Shown here: positions 25,410 to 35,067 of the stretch, piece by piece
Numbering within the stretch: the stretch's first letter is position 1
Layout: each line of letters begins with the position of its first letter
NCBI GenBank assembly: GCA_028686985.1
Contig: JAQUBA010000002.1
Location: forward strand, 20,745-84,744
Length of the DNA: 64,000 bases
Source: Candidatus Iainarchaeum sp.
GTDB taxonomy: Archaea; Micrarchaeota; Micrarchaeia; Anstonellales; Bilamarchaeaceae
Direction: 5' to 3'
The notes under the pieces: generated by a model
What the model saw: the letters and a program-made list of their open reading frames with translations, nothing else
The model's database searches: none
What the model was told of the DNA's origin: nothing
Program-made: the position numbers and the translations under genes

Positions 25410-26171
25410 ATGTTCCCCCCCATAACAGCGATGGTCGAAAAGCCCAGCTGGAAGCAGATATTGATAGAACTTGTCATGACCGAGAAGCTGGATCCCTGGA
25501 ACATAGACCTCGTCACTGTGGCGGACTCGTTCTATTCGCATGTGAAGAAGATGGAGAAGTTTGATTTCCGCATCCCCGCGAACATAATCCTCGCGTGCGC
25601 CATCCTTTTGAAATACAAGAGCAACGCGATACGCCTGTACGATGAGCCGGTTGTTGCGGAGGGGGAGATGCCCGTGGAGGTTGGCGAGGAGCCCATACAG
25701 CCGCTCACGCTCTCGTGGAGGATTCCGCCCAAGAGGCAGATAACGCTCCAGGAACTCGTGGACGAGATGGAGCGCACGATAAAATACGACACCATGGAGA
25801 GGCCCAAAAAGGTGGCGGCGCCCCTCCCCATGCTGGACCTCAAGCTTGACAATTATGATTTGGAGGGCGAGATGGTGCGCCTCATGGGCAGGATGAAGGC
25901 GGGCGCGGACATGGAGGGCATAGTCCTCTTCTCATCCTTGGTCAATGGGGGCGGCTCGGAAGGGGTAATCTCAACCATCACCCCGCTCCTGCACCTCGCG
26001 CAGAGGAAGAGCATACTGTTGCGGCAGGACAAGTTCTTCGGGGAGATTTTCATAAACCTGGGCGAAAGCGGCGAGCACGATGGCGATGGAAAAGCGGGGG
26101 ATGGGAAGGAAGGCAATGGGCATGGGGGGAACGCGCAGGCGGCGCCCGGTCTTCAGCATCCCGTAAGCTGA
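25410..26171 (+). CDS. scpA: Segregation and condensation protein A (kleisin)
   Basis: LDPWNIDL, ILLKYKS, RQITLQEL, LLHLA..LRQDKFFGEI. Confidence 0.9.
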   Translation: MFPPITAMVEKPSWKQILIELVMTEKLDPWNIDLVTVADSFYSHVKKMEKFDFRIPANIILACAILLKYKSNAIRLYDEPVVAEGEMPVEVGEEPIQPLTLSWRIPPKRQITLQELVDEMERTIKYDTMERPKKVAAPLPMLDLKLDNYDLEGEMVRLMGRMKAGADMEGIVLFSSLVNGGGSEGVISTITPLLHLAQRKSILLRQDKFFGEIFINLGESGEHDGDGKAGDGKEGNGHGGNAQAAPGLQHPVS

Positions 26172-26180
26172 GTGGTTTCC

Positions 26181-26633
26181 ATGGGGGACGAAAAAAAGCT
26201 GATGGAGGCCGCGCTCTTCATAAGCGGGAGGGAGCTCTCGCTCAACGATTTCTGCAAGCTCACCGGCATCGCGGCTCCGGGCCACGTGAAGTCCATGCTG
26301 GACGAATTGAGGGCCGATTACGAGAACGCGGGAAGCCCGCTAGAAATCTGCCAGGTGGGCGACAAGTTCGTGATGCGCGTGCGGGACCAGTACGTGCAGC
26401 GCGTCAAATCCTTCGCGCAGGAGGCGGAGCTTTCGCAGGGCGCGCTGCGCACCCTCTCCTATGTCGCGTCCCATGACGGCGCGCTGAAGTCCGGGCTGGC
26501 GAAGAAAATCGGCCCCGTGATTTACGACGATGTGCGCGAGCTGGTGGAGAAGGGCTTCCTCTCGGCGAAGAGGGAGGGGAGGAGCTCGCGGCTTTTGCTC
26601 ACTGACAAGTTCCACGCCTATTTCGGGAAGTAG
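26181..26633 (+). CDS. scpB: Segregation and condensation protein B
   Basis: MEAALF, ELSQGALRTLSYVA, TDKFHAYFG. Confidence 0.9.
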   Translation: MGDEKKLMEAALFISGRELSLNDFCKLTGIAAPGHVKSMLDELRADYENAGSPLEICQVGDKFVMRVRDQYVQRVKSFAQEAELSQGALRTLSYVASHDGALKSGLAKKIGPVIYDDVRELVEKGFLSAKREGRSSRLLLTDKFHAYFGK

Positions 26634-26677
26634 TGTCATATAATGGGTTTTTATTGTTTCTCATGAGATATTCCCAT

Positions 26678-27391
26678 ATGAACGCACGCAGAGACGGATA
26701 CAGGCAGCGTGCACAGGAGCTGATGCTCCCCGCGCTGCTAGAGGCGGCGAAGGACTGCGGCAACGAAATCCATATGCATGAGGTTGTGGAGCAGATAGAG
26801 GTGATTGTGCAAGGCATGCTTGCGGACGGAAGGCGCGATACTGCCTTTGACGCCCTGAAGGCAATGCTTTTGCACCACAACGATTATCTGCGCGGGATTG
26901 CGGCCAGGGCCATGATACTGCTTAACGAGCCAGCATTGGACGGTGCGTTGGCCGATGCCCTGAAAAAAGGGGACGGGTATGTCCTGAATGCGCTCGCATG
27001 CGGCTTAAGGGAGAAGATTACGCTTGAAGTGGTGCGCGAAGGCGGGCAGGACAGTAGGACGCCGGAGGACAGGGAGTTCGATGCCGCATCCTTCTCGCTC
27101 ATGGAACGTTTCAGGAAGCGGCGCGTTGTTTCTTCCAAGGACCTTAGGGGAATAGAGGCGGGGCTGCTGGAGGACGCAGAGAATGACGGCGAAGCTTCCG
27201 CGAAGGACAGGCTGATGCTGCGCAGGAACATACTGCTGCTTGAAAGGGAGTTGTGCGCGCCATGCGCGGCTGGCGGCGGGCTTCAGAGGCGCAGCGGGGC
27301 AGGGCGAGGCGGGCATGCCCCCCCGGGTTGCAAAAACGTGGTGCGCCTGCGCGCCGCAAAACCCGAGGATGCATGGCGCATCCCCCGTTAG
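26678..27391 (+). CDS. Hypothetical helical (HEAT-like) protein with Arg-rich tail
   Basis: ALKAMLLHHNDYLRGIAARAM HEAT-like segment. Confidence 0.6.
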   Translation: MNARRDGYRQRAQELMLPALLEAAKDCGNEIHMHEVVEQIEVIVQGMLADGRRDTAFDALKAMLLHHNDYLRGIAARAMILLNEPALDGALADALKKGDGYVLNALACGLREKITLEVVREGGQDSRTPEDREFDAASFSLMERFRKRRVVSSKDLRGIEAGLLEDAENDGEASAKDRLMLRRNILLLERELCAPCAAGGGLQRRSGAGRGGHAPPGCKNVVRLRAAKPEDAWRIPR

Positions 27392-27456
27392 TTTAAAAAT
27401 ATATGTGAAGTAAAAACAATATCCGCACAGAAAGATGAAAAAGAGAAAGTGATGAC

Positions 27457-27981
27457 ATGGCACTCAGGCCGGCAAGATGCTTCAGGACGCCTAAGAAACA
27501 GGCATGGACAAGGTTCTCCCAGAAGAGGCCGAGGAAATCCTACATAAAGGCGATGCCGCACAAGGACTTGAACGTATATAGGATGGGCGCCGCAAAGAAG
27601 GATTTTGACTGCACCGCGAACCTCGTGGCGGACATCCCCATAGTCCTCCGCGACAACTCCATAGAGAGTGCGAGGCAGACCGCGAACAAGGAGCTGGAAA
27701 CGAAGCTCGCGGGCAACTATTTCTTCCTGGTGAGGGTTTTTCCGCACAACGTGATCAGGGAAAACAAGATGGTCGCAGGCGCGGGCGCGGACCGTATCCA
27801 GAAGGGCATGAGGCAGGCGTTTGGCAGGCCTACCGACAGGTCGGCCATACTCAAAAAGGGCCAGCCGCTCTTCACGGTTTCAACCTACAAGGCAAACCTG
27901 CCGTTCGTTGAGCGCGCGTTCAGGAAGGCGACCATGAAGCTCTCGGGCAGGTTCAGGCTGGTCCGCGAGGTTGGCGCATGA
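27457..27981 (+). CDS. rpl10e: 50S ribosomal protein uL16 (L10e)
   Basis: LRPARC, ESARQTAN, RENKMVAGAGADRIQKGMRQAFGRP. Confidence 0.97.
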   Translation: MALRPARCFRTPKKQAWTRFSQKRPRKSYIKAMPHKDLNVYRMGAAKKDFDCTANLVADIPIVLRDNSIESARQTANKELETKLAGNYFFLVRVFPHNVIRENKMVAGAGADRIQKGMRQAFGRPTDRSAILKKGQPLFTVSTYKANLPFVERAFRKATMKLSGRFRLVREVGA

Positions 27982-29687
27982 TAGAAGTAGATGAAGAAAA
28001 TTTCCTTATCGTAACCGACATTGACAGGCTTATGCATCTTGTCGCCACGCAGCGCAGGATTGAGTTGGGAAAGCTGGCGAAGGAGCTTAAGATGAGCCCC
28101 AAAGAGGTGGAGAAGTGGCTCCATATCCTGGAGGACGAGGGGCTGATAACCATAGAGCACAGCCTCACCAAGATTTATGCGGTCTGGGCGGGCGAGGCCT
28201 CGCCGAGGCCTGAAAAGAAACGGGCGGAGAAGCAGGCCACGCGCAGGGAGCAGAAGGTACTCCCGCCCGCAGTTATGGAGGAGAAAGAAGAGGAAGAAGA
28301 GAAAGAGGAGGAGAAGTTCCGCCCCTTCACCACCGAGGAAATCGCGCCGCTGGAGGAGGAGCTGCTGGAATTCAGGGGGCGCGAGGAGAAGCGCGCACCC
28401 AGGCAGCCGGGCCGCGAAGCCCGGAAGCTCGGGACGGATTGGGAACCTGAACCAAGGCGCAGGGAGCCGGAAAGGATGGAAGAAATGCCTGCGCCGCGGA
28501 GGGAGGCGAAGTCGCCCCCCCACAGGGAAGAGAGGCACGGGAAGAAGCCCGCGCCCACGCAGATAAAGGTCAGCGACTACACGAAGCTCCCGCAGGTGGA
28601 GGCCGCGAGCCTCAAGGACAAATTGGACGACTACCTCACGCTAATCAGGGAAAGCAAGAAGGAGCTCAAGGACCTTGAGTCAGAGAAGGAGCGCATGTAC
28701 CGGGAAGGGTACCTGCCGCTTGAGAAAGAGTTTGAGGCGGGGCTTGAGAACATACAGCTCGCAATCCTGGAGAAGGAAAGGAAGATAATGGAGGCCAAGG
28801 AGAAGGCCGCCGGGCTGCCCGAGCAGGTGGAGGAGCTGGAGAAGCTCCAGCGTGCGGTCCGCGAGGTTGAGCAGAAGTCCCGCGCAATCCTTTCCAAGAC
28901 AAAGGGGCAGGTTGAGGGCAAGGCGGACGCGCTTCAGGACGCGTCCGAGGAACTCGGCGAGCAGATTTCCCTCGGAGAGGAGGAGGCCATGCGCGAGCGC
29001 GCGAAGATGTTTGAGCTCAAGGAGCTTCTCGGCTCCATACAGTCCAACGAGGAGAACATACGCGAGGCGATAGAGGGGAACAGGAAGGCCATGGACGAGG
29101 CAAAGTCCAAGATTGAGCAGCTTGAGGACTCGCTGGGCGACGTGGTGGATGCCCGCACGCTCCTCGCAGAGCGCATAGACACGATACAGTCCGGGCTGGA
29201 GAGGAAGATACGGAGCCTGGACGAGCTGAAGAATGACCTGGAGGAGATTGAGCGCGTGGAGGGCTGGTTCAGGGAATACAGCCAGGACTACTCCCGCAAG
29301 CTTGAGGAGATGGAGGCCTACGTCTCCAACAACCAGCAGGAGATAGGCAAGCTCATGGAGGCGGCGGAGCTGGAATACGTCAAGAAATACCTTGAGAAGC
29401 TCTCCGAATCCGAAGACAAGTACCGCGGCAGGCTGCGCCTGCTGGAAGTCCAGGACACCGAGCTTGAGCAGAGGATTTCCGAAGCCAAGGAGCGCATAAG
29501 GCAGCTCCTTTCCGAGAGCACGCGCCTCATGGAGGCGAGCAGGAAGAAGGCCGCGTCCTCAACCTTTGACACTTCGGATGCGAAGAAAAAGATGGGGGTG
29601 AAGGCGGCCGTGCTGGAGGAGAAGTCCAAGGAGAGGAAGGGGCTCTTTGACGCGCTCAGCAAAGGGAAGGACAAGAAGAAGAAATAA
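27978..29687 (+). CDS. N-terminal wHTH + long coiled-coil protein
   Basis: TDIDRL..LAKEL..VEKWLHILEDEGLI, charged linker, ~350 aa heptad-rich region. Confidence 0.8.
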   Translation: MIEVDEENFLIVTDIDRLMHLVATQRRIELGKLAKELKMSPKEVEKWLHILEDEGLITIEHSLTKIYAVWAGEASPRPEKKRAEKQATRREQKVLPPAVMEEKEEEEEKEEEKFRPFTTEEIAPLEEELLEFRGREEKRAPRQPGREARKLGTDWEPEPRRREPERMEEMPAPRREAKSPPHREERHGKKPAPTQIKVSDYTKLPQVEAASLKDKLDDYLTLIRESKKELKDLESEKERMYREGYLPLEKEFEAGLENIQLAILEKERKIMEAKEKAAGLPEQVEELEKLQRAVREVEQKSRAILSKTKGQVEGKADALQDASEELGEQISLGEEEAMRERAKMFELKELLGSIQSNEENIREAIEGNRKAMDEAKSKIEQLEDSLGDVVDARTLLAERIDTIQSGLERKIRSLDELKNDLEEIERVEGWFREYSQDYSRKLEEMEAYVSNNQQEIGKLMEAAELEYVKKYLEKLSESEDKYRGRLRLLEVQDTELEQRISEAKERIRQLLSESTRLMEASRKKAASSTFDTSDAKKKMGVKAAVLEEKSKERKGLFDALSKGKDKKKK

Positions 29688-29688
29688 T

Positions 29689-32451
29689 CTAGACTATTCT
29701 TTTCATCCTATTCATCCTTTCCGGTGCCGCTTCAAACCTTCTCTTATGCCTCGTGGGCTTCATGAAATGGTCCCTTTCTATGCGCGCGCCTTTTGCTGCC
29801 GCCCTATCCGCGGTTTCTGTTTGCTGCCGCCCATCCAATTGTTTTAGCGCAGCTCTGATCTCTTTTGCCCTATCCCGGTAACGTGTAGCTACCCTCTCTG
29901 GATTGATGAGTTGCCCCACCAAACAGACCGCCAATACTTTTTTGTATAAACTGTATGCCGCATTGCTGTCCCGGATGATGTCTTGAAACAGCTTATCTGG
30001 AATGGAGAAATCACTATCAGACCTCTTATGTCCCTCATTGTACAATAACAGCAACAGCCTTACCCTATCAGTATACGGCGGTTCCAGTAAACGCAGTAAC
30101 TGGTACTTTGGTTCAGATGCCGCGATGCCCTTGGCCCCTAGCAAAACGCAAAGCATTTCATAATATTCTCTAACGGCACTCAGGGGCCAGTGCTTCCAGT
30201 ACCATCCAGTGGGTTCCCCTAACAACAATATTATCGCATTGTTGAAATCTTCGCCTGATAAACCATATTTTCTCATCAACCTTTCCCGGGTTTCAGGAAC
30301 TTCTTTTCCTGATAACCCCGCTATGGGGCGCCTTTCGCAGAAATTCCTTATCTCGCGCGTGAATCCTTTCCATTCTTCGCCATCCATTCCTGCATGTTTT
30401 GGCAGGCTCAGCGTAATGTTGATTTCGGCAGTAAGCAGCGCCGCCTGCTCTTTTTGTGCAAGCAAGCCAAGATTGTAGATTAGGTCTAAATCAACACCCT
30501 TTTTTGAAAGCAATCGCTTCATGAATCCCCAAAGGTCTTCACCCCCGGTGACCAGTTCTTTAAATATGTTCATCCGGGATATGAAGTCAGGTTTGTCTTC
30601 CAATTCCTCAGTTGCATTACTCACGCGTTTCGCGAATTCCGGGGGCGCTATCTGCCCCTCTAGCTCCCCAAACAAATCCACGAGCCTTCCCGTACATAGT
30701 ATCCCGAATATTATTTCTGCGGCCCTTTTTGGATTCTTCAGCTTAATTATGTTCTCCGAAACAACCCTGAATGCGGACTCATCGTCCATAGACGAAATTG
30801 CTTCAACAAGCATATCCACTCCCGCCTTTCCCCTCTCTGCCAGCATGTGCGCCGCTTTTTTGCCGAAAATTTTTCCTGCCGAGCTAGAGTCCTTAACAAG
30901 CTCCACAAGGGCATTCATATGCCCCGGGTTCCTGCACAACTCCTCAAACGCCACCCTCGCCTCCCAATAGTTTGTTTCGCAGTTACCCCTCACCTTCCCA
31001 AGCAGGGTTTCGGAATCCATTTCGGAAAAGCCGCCGAAAGTCCCGGAATTCTTTTCCACATCAACGAATTCCACCCCATTTGGAAGAACAGCCCCCACAG
31101 AACGTTTTGCAGTCCTGGCGCTTGCCCATCCATAAAGCTCACTAACCTTCCCAACGGCCTCGTACCACTCCCTTTCCCTCGCATCATCTTTGTCCGCTTT
31201 GTTGATTTTTGCAAGCCGGTACCCCGTGGCAATATTTGCAATCAGGAGGCAATCCTCGTAGCTTAACTTCCTGTCCTCAGGAAGCAGCCCATCGCTTCTT
31301 TTCTTTACCGCAAGAGCGGTGGCAAACGCACCGCACAGGGTGTCCCCGGCACCCACAAGGCTGCAGTCATTAGGAAGAGTTATGTCCACCGAAGGGACAA
31401 AACCAGTGGATTTGTCGCCTCCGATGATGCAGGCGCCTTCCCGAGTATGCATGAGCAACGGCACCCCCGTTTTTTCGTAAAGCACGTGCGCAGCCGAATA
31501 TGCATCCTTCTTCCCCTCCCTGCCTTTATCCAAAAAAGCATCCACTTCCTTTATCTTTGCCCTAGCCGCGGCTTCCTTCTTCTTTGAGCCGTCTTTAATT
31601 GCCTCATCAAGTTCTATGATTAGCCCTTTCTTCTTATTGTTGGCTTCCAGTATTTCCTCTTTGTCAGTCCTCACGAGCAGCATTTCAAACAACGTTGCTT
31701 CGTCCTCGTTTATGGAGAGAAGCCCTATTGTTGACAAACCCCCCTTCCCCAGCAATATATCCAGCATCCTATAATTCAGATCCATATCGTCCCCGGACGT
31801 GCAGTCACAGAACAGTTCCGGTATGCGGAGCGTTCCATCTTCACAAAGCCCGAGCACGTCCTTCATGAAATTTGATTTTAGCGAAAGCACGGCAACGATG
31901 TCCGCAGAATTCAACAGGCCAAGCACTTCCTCCCTCTGCCCTTTCGAATAGTCATCCAACCTGAGTTCAGGCTGCTCCCCGGGAAATATGGTGGTATGCC
32001 CCGCTCTCACGAGCAATACGTTCCCCCCCTGCTTCCTAAGTTTTGTGCGGTCGTTCAGCACAAATCCGGTACTGGCGGGAGCTATGCCCCGCTCCGCAGG
32101 GTTATTCACAAGATACTGCGTCACCAGCTCCTGCCTGTCTTTCAGGTAAACCTTCGCAAGTATGCTTACGTCCGCTGCTTCGGTAAGCAAGCCACGAAGT
32201 GCAATGGCCGCATTAGCCCCCAGCAGTGCATGGCCGCCCCCCCTGATGAATGTTCCATACCCGCGTACCCTGTCTTTTTCCCTGCCGGAAAGCTCAAGTA
32301 CAAGGTTTTTCCCCTTCGGCTCGGACAGCCCCACATCTCGTACGATGTCCGGGGCGAATACTATCCTGGCCTGTTCGCCATGTTCCGCCAGCGCATCCAA
32401 TGCGTCCCTGAATTTCAACAGCGCGACCTGCTTAGAAACAGTAGTGTCCAT
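29689..32451 (-). CDS. Ribokinase-superfamily (ADP-dependent kinase-like) domain fused to long helical extension
   Basis: GANAA, SINEDE, MHT, SLVGAGDT motifs in N-half; lower GC. Confidence 0.7.
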   Translation of the reverse strand: MDTTVSKQVALLKFRDALDALAEHGEQARIVFAPDIVRDVGLSEPKGKNLVLELSGREKDRVRGYGTFIRGGGHALLGANAAIALRGLLTEAADVSILAKVYLKDRQELVTQYLVNNPAERGIAPASTGFVLNDRTKLRKQGGNVLLVRAGHTTIFPGEQPELRLDDYSKGQREEVLGLLNSADIVAVLSLKSNFMKDVLGLCEDGTLRIPELFCDCTSGDDMDLNYRMLDILLGKGGLSTIGLLSINEDEATLFEMLLVRTDKEEILEANNKKKGLIIELDEAIKDGSKKKEAAARAKIKEVDAFLDKGREGKKDAYSAAHVLYEKTGVPLLMHTREGACIIGGDKSTGFVPSVDITLPNDCSLVGAGDTLCGAFATALAVKKRSDGLLPEDRKLSYEDCLLIANIATGYRLAKINKADKDDAREREWYEAVGKVSELYGWASARTAKRSVGAVLPNGVEFVDVEKNSGTFGGFSEMDSETLLGKVRGNCETNYWEARVAFEELCRNPGHMNALVELVKDSSSAGKIFGKKAAHMLAERGKAGVDMLVEAISSMDDESAFRVVSENIIKLKNPKRAAEIIFGILCTGRLVDLFGELEGQIAPPEFAKRVSNATEELEDKPDFISRMNIFKELVTGGEDLWGFMKRLLSKKGVDLDLIYNLGLLAQKEQAALLTAEINITLSLPKHAGMDGEEWKGFTREIRNFCERRPIAGLSGKEVPETRERLMRKYGLSGEDFNNAIILLLGEPTGWYWKHWPLSAVREYYEMLCVLLGAKGIAASEPKYQLLRLLEPPYTDRVRLLLLLYNEGHKRSDSDFSIPDKLFQDIIRDSNAAYSLYKKVLAVCLVGQLINPERVATRYRDRAKEIRAALKQLDGRQQTETADRAAAKGARIERDHFMKPTRHKRRFEAAPERMNRMKRIV

Positions 32452-32505
32452 GTTGTACTATTTATGTGGGTAATGGTTAAAAATACACTTAATCCCATCA
32501 AACGC

Positions 32506-32985
32506 TCATTTTTTGGTGCGCGCCTCGTCCACTATCGCCAGCCACGAGTCCCCGATTTTGTAGAAGCAGTTCCCGAACGTCTTGCTCAGGCTTATCCTCA
32601 TGGGGCGGAATTTCCTCTTGCTCTCCACCGCCACTATGGTTTCCCTCTCAACCTTAATCATGCCCACGCGCCTCAATCTCGGAAGCACGCGGTTGTAGAA
32701 CGTCGCTTTGGAGACATTGTTGTCCGAAACAAACTTGCCGATGTCCGCGCCGTCCATGTGCGGCTTAGCCGCAAGCGCATCAAGGAATTTCACCGCAATC
32801 TCGTGGTAGGTTGGCTGGAACTTCTTTGAGAATACGACGTTCACCACGTCCTCCATCTTCCAGAGGTTCCGCGTCAGGCTTTCATTTGAATCCTGGAAAG
32901 GGCGGAATTCCTCCGCGTTGTGCGCCGGGAAGTACAGGGATTCGGAAGAGGGAATTCCCCTTGGTATTTTCTTCTCCCCAGCCAT
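32506..32985 (-). CDS. Hypothetical wHTH protein
   Basis: VSKATFYNRVLPRLRRVGMIKVER. Confidence 0.75.
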   Translation of the reverse strand: MAGEKKIPRGIPSSESLYFPAHNAEEFRPFQDSNESLTRNLWKMEDVVNVVFSKKFQPTYHEIAVKFLDALAAKPHMDGADIGKFVSDNNVSKATFYNRVLPRLRRVGMIKVERETIVAVESKRKFRPMRISLSKTFGNCFYKIGDSWLAIVDEARTKK

Positions 32986-33039
32986 TCCTTTCACCTGCCA
33001 TTGCTGCTTGCCGTGCCCGGCGCAAAGTGCACCGGGAAC

Positions 33040-33357
33040 TCACACATCCAAGCCGAATATCGAGCCGAAGCCGCCCTCCGCGGCCTCATCCTCCGCCTCC
33101 ATTTTTTTGAGCACGCGCTCCTCCTCGTCCTTCTTTATTTCGCGGAGCAGGGGCTTGAGCCGCTCGCCCGCCTTTTTTATGAACTGCTCGTCCGCGCTAA
33201 TATATAGATATATCGTATCGGCCTTCTCCCCAAGTGTGGCCCCGTCCCTGAGCTTGTAGCCAGCCCGCGCGAAGCTGTCCTGTGCATACGGGTCCGCCTC
33301 AAGGATGGGCGTGAGGTCCTTCTTCTTCTCCGCAGGGAATGCGAACACGATTTTCAT
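33040..33357 (-). CDS. Small hypothetical protein
   Basis: Clean ORF with genome-typical codon use, C-terminal AEGGFGSIFG. Confidence 0.75.
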   Translation of the reverse strand: MKIVFAFPAEKKKDLTPILEADPYAQDSFARAGYKLRDGATLGEKADTIYLYISADEQFIKKAGERLKPLLREIKKDEEERVLKKMEAEDEAAEGGFGSIFGLDV

Positions 33358-34044
33358 TCACTTCACCCTGACCAAAGAATATGCGGGCTCCACGCGCACG
33401 AAGCCCGCGCCCGCGAACCTCTCCTGCACGAGCGCAATTATGCTGTTCAGCGAAACGTATGTTACGCACATGCCGGAAGCGAACAGGCACCTCTCCACAA
33501 GCACGAGCGGGATGAGCGCCCACCACGCGGCCGCCGGCAGCCCGATAAGATACAGGAACGCGATTGAGCCGACCACGTGCGCCTGGAAGGTGGATGCGAG
33601 GCTCCTCATGAAAAGGTTGGACGCGAAGAATGTTGCAACTATGGGAATGAGCCACAGGAAAGCATAGCCCCACGCCTCGGCTCCCACCGGGTTCAGCCAG
33701 AACAGGAGCATGCCCGCGAGCGGGATTGCGATGCCCGCCCATTTCTTCGCCCTCACCATGCCGAAGCACACCGCCGCCGCGGCCACTGTGAAGAGACGTA
33801 TGAAGCTTATCGCATCCCAGGCGAATTTCCCCAGGAACAGTTTTGAGGCGAAATCCACGGCGATGGCGGACAGCGCCCCGATGCCGGGGCCCATTATGCC
33901 TCCGCCCACCGGGCCGGCGAACTGGAACATCGTGAAGCTCTGCTGCTGCGAGCCGACGATGTAAGAAAGGTTCACGGTGGAGAACGCGAAAGACAGCACC
34001 GAGAACAGGACCAGAAATATTCCTAGCTTGAGCTTTTTGTCCAT
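33358..34044 (-). CDS. Multi-pass membrane protein, ECF S-component-like
   Basis: About 6-7 TM segments, F.GP..GGI.GP motif. Confidence 0.65.
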   Translation of the reverse strand: MDKKLKLGIFLVLFSVLSFAFSTVNLSYIVGSQQQSFTMFQFAGPVGGGIMGPGIGALSAIAVDFASKLFLGKFAWDAISFIRLFTVAAAAVCFGMVRAKKWAGIAIPLAGMLLFWLNPVGAEAWGYAFLWLIPIVATFFASNLFMRSLASTFQAHVVGSIAFLYLIGLPAAAWWALIPLVLVERCLFASGMCVTYVSLNSIIALVQERFAGAGFVRVEPAYSLVRVK

Positions 34045-34252
34045 AATCCCACAAGGGAAATTAAGCAAAGCAAAGTATAAAAGCAATTGCCCCGCGCCGC
34101 GCTTGTGTGAAGGGAAATGGCTGCCTGCGCAATCCTGTGTGAAAAAGTATTTTCCTAGTATTATTTTGCGCTTTACGTGTGTGCGTAGTTTTTAATCAAG
34201 GTCTTTTGTGGAAGGAAGATATATAAACCTTGACTAACGTAATTATGCAGGT

Positions 34253-35056
34253 GTGATTATGCAAAGCACGGGCTCTGTTAGGGAAAGGGGAAGGCAGAAT
34301 TTTGGTCAGCCGGTCACGATGCCCCCGATTGTCGGGGAAGACGGCGTGCAGCGCGAATATGTGTTCCGTGGTGGGACCGCCCAGGCGCAACAGGACATAG
34401 AAGCCATGGCGAGGCAGCTCAACCGCCTCTCCCTCCAGCACGGCGGCATCATACCGCTGTCTGCATTGCCCGGAGAAACCAGGGAGAAATTTGACAGGCT
34501 TGTTTCGGAAGCGGAGGGCACAAGGGTTATGCTGAATGAACGCGCCTACCCATGTCTTGAAGTGAGGGAGACCGGGGGCAGCGTTTCATTCGAGCCGGCC
34601 GCGGTGACGATGGCTCCGGGCGAAGTTATTTCCAGGGATGAATGGCAGACCAGGGTTTCCATGGTGAATTTTGACATACCCGCGGGCACCACGGCCCATG
34701 TTGCATTTGAAGGCGGCCCAAGCGAAGTGCCGATGGGCGGCCGTTTCAGGTTCTATTGGCAGGGCGTGCCTCCGAGGGACCTCGCGGATTTCGTCGCGAG
34801 GGCGGATGACTGCCTGGTCCCGAACAACGATGGCATCTCAGGCACATGGACGGGATTTGACAGCACTGGGAGGATGATTACGCTCAACATCCGTCCGGGT
34901 GAAAACACGCCGACCTCCAGTGACACGCAGGCAGCCATTATTTATAATCTCGCGGTTCTCCTGAACCAGCGCAGTGACCTTGCTGAAATCGCGACCCCGG
35001 TTGGAGACCTTAACCCGTTAAACGTGAGGCCGAGGCCGAGACTGAGGGAACAATAA
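34253..35056 (+). CDS. Orphan Lys-poor protein (cluster family A-like)
   Basis: Own TATA and GGTG RBS; 1 Lys in 267 aa; Arg-rich C-terminus. Confidence 0.75.
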   Translation: MIMQSTGSVRERGRQNFGQPVTMPPIVGEDGVQREYVFRGGTAQAQQDIEAMARQLNRLSLQHGGIIPLSALPGETREKFDRLVSEAEGTRVMLNERAYPCLEVRETGGSVSFEPAAVTMAPGEVISRDEWQTRVSMVNFDIPAGTTAHVAFEGGPSEVPMGGRFRFYWQGVPPRDLADFVARADDCLVPNNDGISGTWTGFDSTGRMITLNIRPGENTPTSSDTQAAIIYNLAVLLNQRSDLAEIATPVGDLNPLNVRPRPRLREQ

Positions 35057-35067
35057 TCGGTGTTCTG

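Noticed and set aside
25362-25541. Longer start for the CBS protein
   Set aside because: Overlaps divergent scpA and its promoter
27978-29687. SMC call for the coiled-coil protein near scpAB
   Set aside because: No Walker A/B, signature motif or hinge
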